Assembly: GCA_903813345.2 (NCBI GenBank)
Contig: CAIIXF020000001.1
Location: 41,850,001-41,914,000 of the forward strand
DNA: 64,000 bases
Reading direction: 5' to 3'
Origin: Owenia fusiformis
Lineage: Eukaryota
This document shows positions 11,444-25,130 of the stretch, piece by piece (the stretch's first letter is position 1; every line of letters starts with the position of its first letter). Position numbers and translations under genes: made by a program. Below the pieces are notes generated by a model. The model was not told the origin of the DNA. It made no database searches and worked only from the letters and a program-made list of their open reading frames with translations.

Positions 11444-14400
11444 ATGAAGAAGTGGTGTAATTTTTTTATTGTTATATTTTGTTATGTTTTGTTCCATTTA
11501 CAATGTAATGTTTGCCATGAATGCGGTCATCAAATACCAACAAGGGATGAGGTAAGCTATAAAGTCATTTAATTTTGTTCTGATCTAGGAGACCGTGTAT
11601 AAAAGGGAGACAATTTTTTGACATTTTTTTTCAATTTTTCAAATCAATTTCCAGTCAAGATTTTTTACTTTTTTTACTAGTCACTCGAGGTTTTTGAACC
11701 GAGTCATGTACTAGTCATAACATGTCCAGAGTCATAAAGGTCTTATGACTAAAGTGATTGAAAGATCTTTATTTTATGTGTAGATTTTAGCCCACCTATA
11801 TCAATTGCTACTTTGTAAATGTCCGTCAAAACCCCCATTTTGAAATTTCTCGCTAGAAAAAATGTCTACTCGGGTAAAGAGACAAGTCCTGATCAACACA
11901 GAAGCAGCTGATAGCTTACAGACTTTCCCAAACGTAGGATGAAGATGTAACATTTAGAGATATAAAGTAAGCAGCTGAACTCAGTACCCGGACTCAGTAT
12001 TTCAGTTTCAGCCATCACGATTTTCTAGCTGCCTATAGATGGCAAGCAAAGGCTGTTCTATCAGATCAGAAAGCCTTTGAAAGAGGTAAGGCAAGACCAA
12101 ATCAGATTCTTCCTGAGTACCTGTATTTCTCTCCAAGATGATCAACATAAATTAAAATGATGTCATCGTATCTCCTTTCTATCGATTTTCATCATTTCAG
12201 CAAGTAATTCAATGCTATTGTTGACAAAAATAGATTAGTCCATCATATTCGCATCAGTTTTTTTTATCGGATATCACCTTTCGCCAAATCAATGGCTAGT
12301 TGGCAAGATATGGAGAAACAATGTTGCTTGACAGTTTTTTAACTTCCAGAAGTTGACCTAGAAAAGCAGCACTCTGATTGGTTGATTATTTGAATGTGAA
12401 TTCAAAGTGAAAACTCAACCCATAACACTTGTTATTAAATAAGAAATTTGCTTTGTTTCAAGCACAATGTCGGCATCAGGTACAAAACTGACATTTGGTA
12501 AGTGAACACTATATTAAATGACTGTATTGTTGACAAATATACATATAACAATTCACTATACCATGCAAGTATATAGTGCATGGTGCCAAGTACTAATTGT
12601 CTGGCAAGTCCATAGGCAAGATTTCAGAATTATAGTGTTTAGCTAAAGGAAAGGATCGGGGAGAATCTGATTTGAAATTGCCCAAATACAACTGTAGTTG
12701 ACTGGGCTACCGACCTGACCATTTTATCAGGAATTCTGTCAACATTTCAAAATGGATCTCCATAAGTACCCATGCATGTAATTGTTCATTAATTAATTCT
12801 TCATTTGTTTCAGGTAGTACATAATGTACATATAGAGCCCCATCATGTAATGAAAAAACGGAGCATAGATGGGAGACTTCGCATAAAAGTAGTATATGAT
12901 GATAGCTTAAATGATTTACCGCAGGATAAAAGAATTCTCATTCAAGTAAGTCCATTAACAAATTAATATACAATATAATTTTACAATGTGCTACTTTAAA
13001 CATATTTTTTTAAATCATATGTTCTTTGATGTTCATCAACTTTCTTATGTGACAAAGAAAGAACAGTACAACTATTTTTCATGATGTCATATAAAAATAG
13101 AGAACAGACTTATTTTGTGGAAAAGTGTGACTGAAAAAATGCTACTTCCCCCCCAGTTAGCAATCTTGAAGAGGCATTTTGAAGGGGCATTTAAGGAATT
13201 TGAAGGGTTAGAATGAGTAAAAATAGAGAGCAGACTTATTTTGTGGAAAAGTGTGACTGCAAAAATGTTACTTACCCCCCAGTTAGCAATCTTGAAGAGG
13301 CATTTGAAGGGGCATTTAAGGAATTAGAAGGGTTAGAATGAGTAAAAATAGAGAGCAGACTTATTTTGTGGAAAAGTGTGACTGAAAAATGCTACTTACC
13401 CCCCAGTTAGCAATCTTGAAGTGGCATTTTGAAGGGGCATTTAAGGAATTAGAAGGGTTAGTATGAGTAAAAATAGAGAGCAGACTTATTTTGTGGAAAA
13501 GTGTGAATGCAAAAATGTTACTTACCCCCCAGTTAGCAATCTTGAAGAGGCATTTTGAAGGGGCATTTAAGGAATTTGAAGGGTTAGAATGAGTAAAAAT
13601 AGAGAGCAGACTTATTTTGTGGAAAAGTGTGACTGCAAAAATGCTACTTACCCCCCAGTTAGCAATCTTGAAGAGGCATTTTGAAGGGGCATTTAAGGAA
13701 TTAGAAGGGTTAGAATGAGTAAAAATAGAGAGCAGACTTATTTTGTGGAAAAGTGTGAATGCAAAAATGTTACTAACCCCCCAGTTAGCAATCTTGAAGA
13801 GGCATTTTGAAGGGGCATTTAAGGAATTAGAAGGGTTAGAATGAGTAAAAATAGAGAGCAGACTTATTTTGTGGAAAAGTGTGAATGCAAAAATGCTACT
13901 TACAACCCCAGTTAGCAATCTTGAAGAGGCATTTTGAAGGGGCATTTAAGGAATTTGAAGGGTTAGAATGAGTAAAAATAGAGAGCAGACTTATTTTGTG
14001 GAAAAGTGTGAATGCAAAAATGCTACTTACCCCCCAGTTAGTAATATTGAAGAGGCATTTGAAGGGGCATTTAAGGAATTAGAAGGGTTAGAATGAGTAA
14101 AAATAGAGAGCAGACTTATTTTGTGGAAAAGTGTGACTGAAAAATGCTACTTACCCCCCAGTTAGCAATCTTGAAGTGGCATTTTGAAGGGGCATTTAAG
14201 GAATTAGAAGGGTTAGAATGAGTAAAAATAGAGAGCAGACTTATTTTGTGGAAAAGTGTGAATGCAAAAATGTTACTTACCCCCCAGTTAGCAATCTTGA
14301 AGAGGCATTTTGAAGGGGCATTTAAGGAATTTGAAGGGTTAGAATGAGTAAAAATAGAGAGCAGACTTATTTTGTGGAAAAGTGTGAATGCAAAAATGCT

Positions 14401-17400
14401 ACTTACGACCCCAGTTAGCAATCTTGAAGAGGCATTTTGAAGGGGCATTTAAGGAATTAGAAGGGTTAGAATGAGTAAAAATAGAGAGCAGACTTATTTT
14501 GTGGAAAAGTGTGAATGCAAAAATGTTACTTACCCCCCAGTTAGCAATCTTGAAGAGGCATTTTGAAGGGGCATTTAAGGAATTAGAAGGGTTAGAATGA
14601 GTAAAAATAGAGAGCAGACTTATTTTGTGGAAAAGTGTGAATGCAAAAATGTTACTTACCCCCCAGTTAGCAATCTTGAAGAGGCATTTTGAAGGGGCAT
14701 TTAAGGAATTAGAAGGGTTAGAATGAGTAAAAATAGAGAGCAGACTTATTTTGTGGAAAAGTGTGAATGCAAAAATGCTACTTACGACCCCAGTTAGCAA
14801 TCTTGAAGAGGCATTTTGAAGGGGCATTTAAGGAATTTGAAGGGTTAGAATGAGTAAAATGTTGGAAGCAGTCTTTTCCAAAATCATGCCACTGTTTAAC
14901 TCACATGGGTGAGCTATTGTAATCCCCCACAGGCCCGTAGCCAGGGGTGAGGTTCGATGGGTTCGGGTGAACCCTCCCAGCCTAAAAATCTTTCAAAATC
15001 ATGCAGTTTTTCACCATTCTGAGCACTTTTTAAGTGATTTTGGCCATTTTTGGACCAGAATTGTCACAAGTGAACCCCCCTGAAATTTTTCAAAAATGGA
15101 CCCTTGGCAAATCCTGGCTACGGGCCTGCACCACAAAAATTTGGCAAAATAATAGAAGAAAGGTGACATTAAACATATATTAAACTTTCAATGGCTTAAG
15201 ATTGTCTATTTAGCCTGATTCTTATTCATATTCAAATTTTCAGAGATTTATGAAGACATCAAAATTATAGATAGATAATAATTATTAGACGAGGAGCTAA
15301 ATATTCAACATGTGTTCTACATTGCACTATTACATCTTGTTTTATTGTTTGATTTTCAGAATGAGATGATACCTCCAGCCCTTGTTTACTGGAGTAAAGC
15401 ATTGAGTGTACGCAGGACACCAAACCCCATAAAATTATTAAGGTAAGAGACTTAGGGCTTCCCATACAGATCTTCCAGGTGGAAGATTGAGATATCCTTA
15501 TTAAGATAATTGCTTTTTAAGGGTATATTGATCTCATAACATGTATGTTTAATTGCAGTTTGTGTTTTTTCCAAGATTTTTACCACAATCTTGAAACTTT
15601 TTCTCCTGAACAAATTGTCCAAAACTGATCAGAATGAATTTTGTCATGAATTTTTAAATTGTTTATTGGCTGCAATTTTACTTCAGTTACTCAGATGCGA
15701 GTAGGTAGTTACCAGTTTCGCCTCCAGGTGGCTAATTCGGGGGGAAATAACATGGCAGGGTATAACAAAGTTCCCTTAAACTTGAATAATCGTCAGTTTT
15801 AGTGGCTCACTTTTCATATTACCCTTGTGTATCTGATAGTTATATAAATTAAAATATGTCTAGTAAAAAACAACATTATCTGCCCAACACAAAAGATATT
15901 TCACTTTTTGTGACTTTACAACATATGGTCTATTGGGAATCTCCCCGCCCTAGAAATCACATTTTCAAAGAAAATTTAAATTTCAGAGTTGATAAACACT
16001 TTCCAAAACCACATTTCTAGATGTAATTTAACATGTAGATTCCAAATATGACATCAGTTTGACTTTTTAATGACGTAAATCAAGATTATTTCTACTGGCA
16101 TCTAGTCTATTAAGCTGAGAGCAGTTCTCAAATTTTTCATTATCTGAGGGTGCATCAGCTGCTTGCTTCCTTGCTTGGGATATCACTACATTCTTGAACA
16201 TCAAGAGGAAGTAATGAGACTGGATCAAATGGGTTGCTATAGTATTAGGGAATTAATTAGGTAAAATGATTTTTTCTCTTGAAGGCTAAATTATTATGAT
16301 GGTACATGGCTCAAAGGCCAAATATTAAGTGGGAAATATGTAGGCGACTCAATTTAGCTTTTATACTTGAATGTGAAGTGTACATGCAAATCTAATTCTT
16401 GTATAAATATTGAATGGTCTTTACCTTAATCACATTAATGACTAAAAGATTAATTATACTGTCATAAGCTTTGAAGAATTCAGCCTTTAGAATTGTGGTT
16501 TCAGTAGAATAATCAAAGACAGAGCTAGAGATCACTACTATATACATTTACATGCTCTGATGAATTTTCTGTACCAGTATACATTCAGTTGTGTTTTGAG
16601 AAATCTTACTCCTTGCAACTTATCTGTTTTTTGAGAGGGGTCTGGTCTAATGATTTATGTTTTGAGGGGTGTAATATCCAATTTCATATCTTTTTTGCGG
16701 GGGGGGGGGGGGGTATTTGCTATAAATTCCTCTAATTCAGTAAATATAAATTTATAATAATACAGTACATGTATTTTTATTACAAGTTATCACATCCTTA
16801 TGTCTTATCTCGACAGCCCCCAGGCGACCTAATATACTTTGAGATCTATTCAAAGTGAAAAAAAGCAAATTCAAGTTGATTGAAGGCCTTTATTAGAAAA
16901 TCCCTATTTATGTTTAATATACCTTTGTTTTCCTAATTGAATGTCTTAGTGAAAACAATATAACATGCTTGCAATTTTCTAAATTAGTTCCTAAATGTCA
17001 ACAGAATTCTGCTCACACATACCTCTAGTAAGCAATACTGCCCTTGGGAATGGGAATGGGTTCTCTATACTGCTTGCAATTCATATTCTTAAGCGAACCA
17101 CTGACTGATATTCTAACCTAGTCATGATTGATTTAGCAAAGACAAATTAATTATGTTTTATTGTGTCATAGTGCCTCTTTTAAGCTTAATTCAAAAGGTT
17201 TCAACTGTTCCAACCTCATCATAGAAGACAACGATGGTTATAGTGATCTTTGCATAGGAATTGAATTACAGAGCTCTCGATTAAGCCCCTACAATATTTA
17301 TTGTCTGTTAGAGGGGGATTTAGATATGAGACAGGTCAGGGAACTGGTTGATTGATATTTGAGAGAGGTACTCTCTTTACAGGAAAAATATCCTTCCATA

Positions 17401-20400
17401 TTTTTGGGATCCTTTCTTCCCTATCAAAATTCTATTATTTCTAAGAAAAACAAGAAAAAGAATTGCCCAATTAGGTTTTGGGATAATCTAATTCTAGATA
17501 GGGTGCTACATTGGTGTGAACTATCTCTGGGCATTGAAACTTCTAGTTATCTCACCAAACAAAGTTCGAAAGGGATATAGCTCTGTCCATCCATCCGTTT
17601 GTCCGTGTGTCTGGGCAATAACTCAAATACTGGTTGACTAATTTGGTTCAAATTATATAGGCTTATGCTTCTTAGGACTTCTGCTCAAGAGGGATTTTTT
17701 AATATGGCCACTTAATTCAAAATGTCCACCATTTTTCTGTAAAAAATGCTGCTACCTAGGGACAAAGGAGCTCTGTTAAAGAAGAAATTTTCAAGATGGC
17801 AGTTGATTTTCAAAATGGCCACCATTTTTCATAAAAAAAACCGTAATCTTTGATAACTCAAATACCAGTTGACGAATTTGGTTTAAATTTTATATGTTAA
17901 TGCCTAGGAACAAAGGACCTGTGTTCTAAAAGAATTTACAGAATGGCTGCTGAAATTCAGATAGCTGCCATTTTTCATAGATAACTCAAATACCAGTGGA
18001 CAGATTTGTTTCAAATTTTACATGCTAATGCCTATGAATAAGGTGGCTGCTGTATTTCAAAATGGCTATCATTTTTCCTAAAAAATTGTAATCTTTGATC
18101 ACGAAAATATCAGATTTGGTTCTAATTTTATTTTCTGACACTTTAGGGTCATAGAAACTCTGTTTATAAACTATTTTACAAGATGACTATTCAATTCAAA
18201 ATGCCTGCCATTTTTCATCATAACCTATAGTATTTGATCAATCAGTACCAGTTGACAGATTTGGATCATTTCATATGTTGCAAATGGCTTCCATTTTACA
18301 ACTATTTCCTGGTTATTTCTATTCTGTAATGTCCAAAATGTCAAGGTGTTTGTTAAAATATGGTTTGATCAGTGGGTGGGATATGCCACTCCGTGGAGTT
18401 GCTGTTTTCTTATTGCACTCTTGAGGTCACTGTGCCTGTTTACACTTACTGAAAATGATAAATTCTAAACCAAAATAAAGGTGTTAGGAGATGAATCAGC
18501 CTTACTTTGTGGTTCATACTAAATATACCTTACATGTTGATGCAGCTGTAACAATATACATAAACATGTATATTGCAATTGCTTTAAAAAGATTGTTATA
18601 TTATACCCCTCTCTACAAGAGACTGGAGGCTCAAAAGAACATTCTTTAATTTGATGGTGTTTGGTGCAAGATTATGAAATGAGTTTTGGTGGTGTTTGGT
18701 GCAAAATTACAAAATGAATTTTGATGCTGTTTGGTGCAAAATAAGGAAATGAGTTTTGGTCCTGTTTGTTGCAAATTAATACAATATGAAAATTGAAGTA
18801 CATCGTACATGATATGCCTTATTGAACGAGGTATGTAACAGAAGCCAAGGTCATACTTAATATATAATTTTTTGTCTAATCAAATTTAAATCAAAAAAGG
18901 TAGGATATTGTTTTCTGAGGTTTGTAGGTAGATAACAAGTGGATCGAGGAACACTTTTCTTGTCTTGACATTTCCATTCTTAGTTATGAAAAATCTTCAA
19001 CTGATTAGATTTTAGGCATGCTGGATTATGGGTTTTTGCTTTTCATGTACAATATTGTTCACGTTGCACTTTCCATCAGCCATTCCTATATAATCTCATA
19101 CCCAGCACACAATTTTAACTGTTTTTTTCTATTTTTCTATTTGCAGGCAGTGTCTGACAAAAAAGATTATGTATAAAGATGGGGATCCATTTCCCTATTG
19201 TTGGGATGGATGTAAAGCTGTGACAAAATGTGGGGAGGTTGTTGTCCCACCAGAACATCTCGAGGTAATCAAGTAAAGGGATGAGGCATAAAATGGAACA
19301 TGGAATATGACTGAGGGGCATATGGAATATATATATAATCAGAAAATAAGATAATAAGGAAAATGGAATATGAATATGACTGAGTGGTAAAAAGGTGGGG
19401 AATACATTTATGAAGGGTGAAAATGTAATATTATATTAATATGTATCAGAAAATAAGAAGAAAATGAATATGGTCCCCTCCAGATATACTGAATACAAGC
19501 TTCTAAAAGATTCATATAGAATATGAAGGCTTCAATCATCTACATTCTCTGAATAAGATGCAATCCTTTGATCTCGCCCTACCCTTTTGAAATAGTGCAA
19601 TTAAAGTTTGAACACCAAAGAACCAAGGATTATTGAGCAGATTATATAATGTCTTAGTTGTCCTGTATAATGTCCTGCAGCACAGAATTTCATTCTATGT
19701 TTTCATTAACATGCATTTTCTTAGCTTGAAAAGGAGCACAAATTGCTGGAAATATTATTGAACTTTATTTTAAGGCTTCAAGTTTTCGTCTTGTAGGCAT
19801 GCAGGGAATGCTCTCCCGATGGTGGGTGCTCCACAACAGGGGGGTCTGGGGCAGGCATTGACACCAATGATTTCATTCTATATGTGTCTGCCAAAATGAC
19901 TGAAAGATGTTATTCTGGTACAACTATTGCATATGCTGCATACTGCCAGCTTGAAGGTGCATTCGATAGGTATGTTAAAAGCTTTAAAGTTATATGTGGC
20001 ATATATTTTTGTAATAAGAGGTACACATGAATGGTCATCAAACTGTTAATTTATTTTGATTTATCTTGTTATGAGTCAAGTCATTGGGAACATACAAAAT
20101 ATTTAATTTTATTTAAGCTTATTTTCAATTTACCACATTTTGCAAAAACTTGCATCTTTCCATTACAGGGTGGCTCAAATGATACCTTTCAAAATTGACA
20201 ATGACTCAGTGTAAACATAGGTGGAATGTGTTGACTATGAATGTATTTAATTATTAGTCAAAATTGTATTCCTGTACTGTAAATCCTGACCTACAGTCTT
20301 GGTTTACAGTGTTAGGATATAATTTTAATTGTTAACCTGTGGAGAGGTGAACAATTTCATGCGTGACTTTTCAGGCCAGTAGCAGGGTATGTGAATATAT

Positions 20401-23400
20401 GTCCTGCTGACTTATCAACCAAGCCCCATCACAATCATGAGATGCAGTCAACTATTAGACATGAAATACTTCATGCGCTGGTCAGTGTATATTCATATTA
20501 TATTACATCAAATAGTAAAGTCATTATAGTTCGGTGTCATTTTATTAACTGGGCTCAACATTGTCTCTGTTGTTTTCAACTTATTGATATTTGTGGTGAT
20601 ATTTGATGAAGTAAAAGAAAAAGAAATTAAATATTTGGAAAACAATTTTTTCTCAAGGTTTTTCCTTGCTTACCCCATTTCTGGGCATTTCTATGTGTAA
20701 GTGGCAGGTAGTAATGAATAAAATGAAACATGTGTTACTTATTGTTTTTAGGGGTTTTCTGCAGGGTTGTATGCTTTCTACAGGGACTCGGATGGTAACC
20801 CCCTTACGGAAAGGACGCCATCTACAAACATGCCAGAATATAATGAAACGTAAGCATATGAAATTCGGTGAAATTTATGTATAGGGAACTCCATGGAAAA
20901 TAGAAAAAAATATCTGTATAGTAGGTAAAGAGGTACAGGAGAGACTATATATTCACCAGTGCTTCCTGTCTGATACTTTTCACAATATGATTTATGTTTA
21001 TTTCTATGCACACTGGATTTTAGTGAAATTAATAAGATATTATAATAGCAAGATACTGTCAGCAGTTGGGAAAAAATGTTGATTTTGGAGCAACATTCAA
21101 AATTGAATAGAAGTTCAAAGGTCCAAGTGCAGTATGGCAAGTGATTTTAGACAGTCATATTTTTCACCATGAGTACTTTCTGGCCATAAAAACAATAGTT
21201 TTTATTAAGACAACATGTTTTCTTTCAAGTGAAGTCCCCATGAAAGTAGAATATCAATCCAACTCTCTGAAAAATTATGGATTAGGGCCCCACCCTGCCA
21301 CTTTTTAAAAAATGTTAGGCTTATTTTCTAAAAAGAGGATCTTGCTTTTCTCAATTTAAACATATCAAAAGTTTTTTCTACACTTTATGAACAATTTCTG
21401 AAAAGGGGATGCGTATTGAAATGCGTTAAAGTTAAAACCACATATCCCATGTTATTTTCCCAAAGGGAAAACTTGTGCTATCCATTGTTTTCAGCATCAT
21501 TTTGGTCATCGACAATGGATATCTTCAAATTAAACTAGACTTTCATGGTGTCTGTCTAAAATCACTTGCTATACTGCACGTGGTTTTTTCCAATTTTTAT
21601 ATGGGGTTGTTGAAACCATAACAACATTTACTTACCGTAGTTTACTTTTTCACAGCTAAGAGATTTGGAAACCGTCCCTAATATACTTTACTCATTTATA
21701 GTGCTAAGTTGTACCAGTGGAGTGACAGAGTCATTAGGAAGGTGGAGAGACCTGATTGGAAGATCATGGGGAGAACAATGAGGAAATCTGTGCAGATGAT
21801 AGTCACTCCTAAAGTTGTGGTGAGAAAGCTTTGTAATTGTCGTTTAGTGCTCAATATATGAGCCATGTCTTGAAATGACCTTTATAGTATACCAGGTACA
21901 TATCGCAAAGTTTATTGTGGTATACTAGAAAATGATGAAGGATCGAGTACTAAACAATCATTTAGTGTTTTCAAACATGAAAGCTCATTCTGTAAAACTT
22001 ATTTGTTCATTAAGGAGGAGGTTCGAAAACACTTCAATTGCTCAACATTGGAGGGTGCTGAACTAGAAGACCAGGGCATTATTGGTACTGCTCTCACCCA
22101 CTGGGAGAAGCGAGTATTTGAAAATGAAGTAATGACTGGAACATACACACAGAACCCTCCCGTTTCCAGGGTCACTTTAGCTCTGATGGAGGATACAGGG
22201 TGAGCTTCTATATTTACTACATATTGCTTAAAGTGTGAGTGTGATTATACACTAATAAATTAGTATACAGTAAAACCCTTCTGAAGTGAACTCTGTGAAC
22301 TGTGTGCTGTGAAACCAAAAGGATATTCACATTTAGAGGCTTTGATAACACAAGAGTAGACAGTTAAAAATCAAACTACATGTAGATTCAAAATAATCTT
22401 TGGACTCTTGATTCTGATGGTGTGTGGAAAGTATCATGCTTAGTTCCATCCATGAAAATACTATTAGCCTATTTTTAATCTCCTATTTCTGAGTTCTGAT
22501 TTTTACCCTATACACATACTCTAATATCTTATGTTCCTGCAATTATATGCAATCAAAATATCATATTGATTTTCCATCTGATGATGTATCGAATTTTCAG
22601 CAAAAAAAAGATTTATTCATATTTATGTTTTAACTGAAATGTTTGTTCTTACAGCTGGTATCGTGCAAACTATGACATGGCAGAGCCATTACTATGGGGA
22701 AAGAATCTTGGATGTGACTTTGTCAAGAAAAGTTGTCTTACATGGATTGAAAAAAAACAGTCCAGGTTAGCTAATAATTTAATAAAACATACTTTCTTTG
22801 TCGTTATGATTTGATTTTGCATGTTTTGCATCCATTTCTATGTGATGATTACTCAAGTTTTTTGTTGAGTGCAATAGAGAACCTTTTCCACAAGTCATTG
22901 TTAGTGTTGATTGGGCAACTTATCATCATCAAATTCTTTATCAGATGTGCAAATTGAAATTTCATGCATCATTTTTAAATGGAGGAGTTAAATATGAATT
23001 AAGTAAGACCATTGATAACAATGAATGATTATGAATCATGTTCTAATATTCAATTACAAATGTCAACGATTGATTTTACCAACGTTGTTTAGGAGAGAAA
23101 GTATTCATCCTTTCTGTGAACGAATCAAGCAGAACCCCCTCCAGACTGACTGTACTGATGATCATCGTGCTGTAGCAATGTGCAATCTCATTCATCACCC
23201 TGAGCCAATGCCAAAGAAATATCAGGTAGAATTTTATATGTAAAAAATGGTTTCATTCAGGCCCGTAGCCAGGGGGTGTTCAATGGGTTCGAGCGAACCC
23301 CCCCCCCCCCTGGCCAAAAAATCTTTCAAAATCATGCAGTTTTTCACCATTCTTAGCGTTTTTAAGTGATTTTGGCCATTTTGGAACAAAATTGTCATAA

Positions 23401-25130
23401 GTGAACCCCCCTGGAATTTTTCAAAAAGTGAACCCCCCTTGGCAAATTCTGGCTACTGGCCTGTCATGGGATGATGTAACAGAGTAAAACCATACAAGAC
23501 AAGTTTTTATTGACATAAAACTGCAATATAAAGAACTTGCCTGTTAATGGTGTGTCACTATCTATGATGTGAAACATTGTATGTATGCATCGTATTTCCA
23601 GTATTTTCAACATCTTCCTGACATAAATTATGGAGCTGCCTCTCAGTATGCTGGCTCTGTAGCACTGGCTGATTACTGCCCTTATATACAAGAGTTCAAT
23701 TGGAAAGATGGAGACATTGCTGTGAGAGGATCGGCATGTGGATATTTCCACAATAATGGGGGTAAGATGACCTATTCTGTAAGGGCAGGACCATCATATG
23801 TTAGAGGAAACTAACTTTGAATTCAAATCATTTTCAGTAGCAAATATAACCAGTAGCAAATGAAACTCATTTTTTTCTTACCTCCCATGTACTATCACTG
23901 TACTGAAGACAATACTAATGCCTGGTTATTATTTCGAGCATGAAATTTTCAGAATTAAGAGTGATTGTTGCAGTGCTGTTTTTCTAGTTTCTAATCCAAG
24001 CTACAAAGCTAGCAATAGTCTTAGAAGCAAAGTGCATGTTTTACAGGTACTCAGACACACTTTTGAAAGTTGCTACATCTATCTAAAAAGAATACTTTGT
24101 CATTTTACAGATACTAGTTTGAATTATGCGAGAGAAAAGTATGGGAACCAATCATTATGTGTGAAACAGGGAGAACCGTTCAGTGTTACTCACTGTTCCT
24201 TCAAACAAAAGGTGCAACACTGGGGGAGTGGCTGTTATCAGGTATGTGCATATGAATTATATCTCCCTCAGGATATGACATTCAGATTGAAACACTTCAT
24301 TATTTGGATAATCCTGGAGTTTTATTCTACATTCGTTGCAAAACTAGAAATTGTATATTTTGATTGTTGTACTCATTAAAACCCTTTTTTAATTATTTTA
24401 ACTATTGAAACACCTTGATTTTGAACTTGTTGAACACCATGTATTTTGAACTCATTGAACACCATGTATTTTGAACTAATTGAACACCATGTATTTTGTA
24501 TGCTGAATTGTTATTGGAACACTGTGTATCTTGATTGCTTGACTACTGGAACCTTTTTTAAAGTTTTGAACTCTATGAGAGCTAAGCATTGATTGTTCCA
24601 TTAAACTTCACTGTATTGAAGTTGTTCATGTTTTAACCCTCCTTGTATTTAAGTTGTTCATTTATCATTTTTCAGTATGTTTGTGACTCTGAAGGGCTAG
24701 TCATTGTGGTGGATGGAAAACCACATCGATGTTACAAAGAAGGCCAAGAATTAGTCATCCAGTCTGTGACAACAAAATGGCTCCATGAGGGAACTCTCAT
24801 ATGTCCTTCTTGTCAAAAGTTCTGTGCAGTAAGTCAGAAAACTTACTTTTTTCATATGAAAATCCAATAAATGAGTATGAATCATGTATTTTAATGAGAT
24901 ATCCCACTACATGTATTTTTGTTCTTTACTGTATATTTTATTGTTTTCCATAGGACTCTGGTTTTGATTGTCCTGCTGATGTCACAATTAAGGCACCGTC
25001 ACGGCAACAACAGCTGCAGGCCCCATGTACGAGTGCTGGTACATCGCAGAGCTACAATCATAATATCATGTACACAAACCTGCTTGTTATTATAGCAGCT
25101 TTAATCTCATACCAGACACGGGTCAATTAA
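11444..25130 (+). CDS. LMLN: Leishmanolysin-like peptidase (invadolysin), M8 zinc metalloprotease, 15 exons, 661 aa
   Basis: Exons: 11444-11551, 12814-12945, 15360-15442, 19147-19264, 19797-19969, 20375-20480, 20752-20849, 21702-21819, 22015-22199, 22655-22765, 23093-23225, 23602-23761, 24111-24241, 24676-24828, 24954-25130. All introns are GT-AG, phases are consistent, and the total is 1986 nt. Motifs include HEILHALGFS (zinc-binding HEXXH), [36 protein letters not shown] and LADYCPY, plus an N-terminal signal peptide and a hydrophobic C-terminal tail. Confidence 0.95.
13092..14860. repeat. 126-bp minisatellite, about 14 copies, in LMLN intron 2
   Basis: The unit GAGAGCAGACTTATTTTGTGGAAAAGTGTG...GGGTTAGAATGAGTAAAAATA repeats. 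The 42-aa periodicity of the minus-strand ORFs gives 126 bp. Confidence 0.95.
14930..15128. mobile_element. ~200-bp MITE with CAGGCCCGTAGCCAG TIRs, copy 1
   Basis: CAGGCCCGTAGCCAGG ... CCTGGCTACGGGCCTG. The interior is shared with 23258-23463. Confidence 0.88.
15687..16111 (-). mobile_element. ~430-bp dispersed element, copy 2 (inverted relative to 1027-1462)
   Basis: It shows reverse-complement similarity to 1027-1462, including both ends. Confidence 0.8.
17546..18407 (+). mobile_element. Helentron/HINE (DINE-1-like) non-autonomous element
   Basis: The 5' subterminal ATCTCACC is followed by a GTCC/ATCC microsatellite. The interior has degenerate tandem units (ATAACTCAAATACCAGTTGAC..., CAAAATGGC..CCATTTTT). 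The 3' end has GGTGGGATAT, then a short hairpin and a T-run. Confidence 0.55.
23258..23463. mobile_element. ~205-bp MITE with CAGGCCCGTAGCCAG TIRs, copy 2
   Basis: CAGGCCCGTAGCCAG ... CTGGCTACTGGCCTG; same family as 14930-15128, located in LMLN intron 11. Confidence 0.88.
24408..24500. repeat. ~26-bp tandem repeat, 3-4 copies
   Basis: Repeated TTGAACACCATGTATTTTGAAC units. Confidence 0.7.

Noticed and set aside
13361..14827. Long minus-strand ORFs (194, 110 and 142 aa) with 42-aa repeats
   Set aside because: They are a by-product of a 126-bp (multiple of 3) satellite lacking stops in one frame. Units carry frameshifting 1-bp indels and lie antisense in an LMLN intron.
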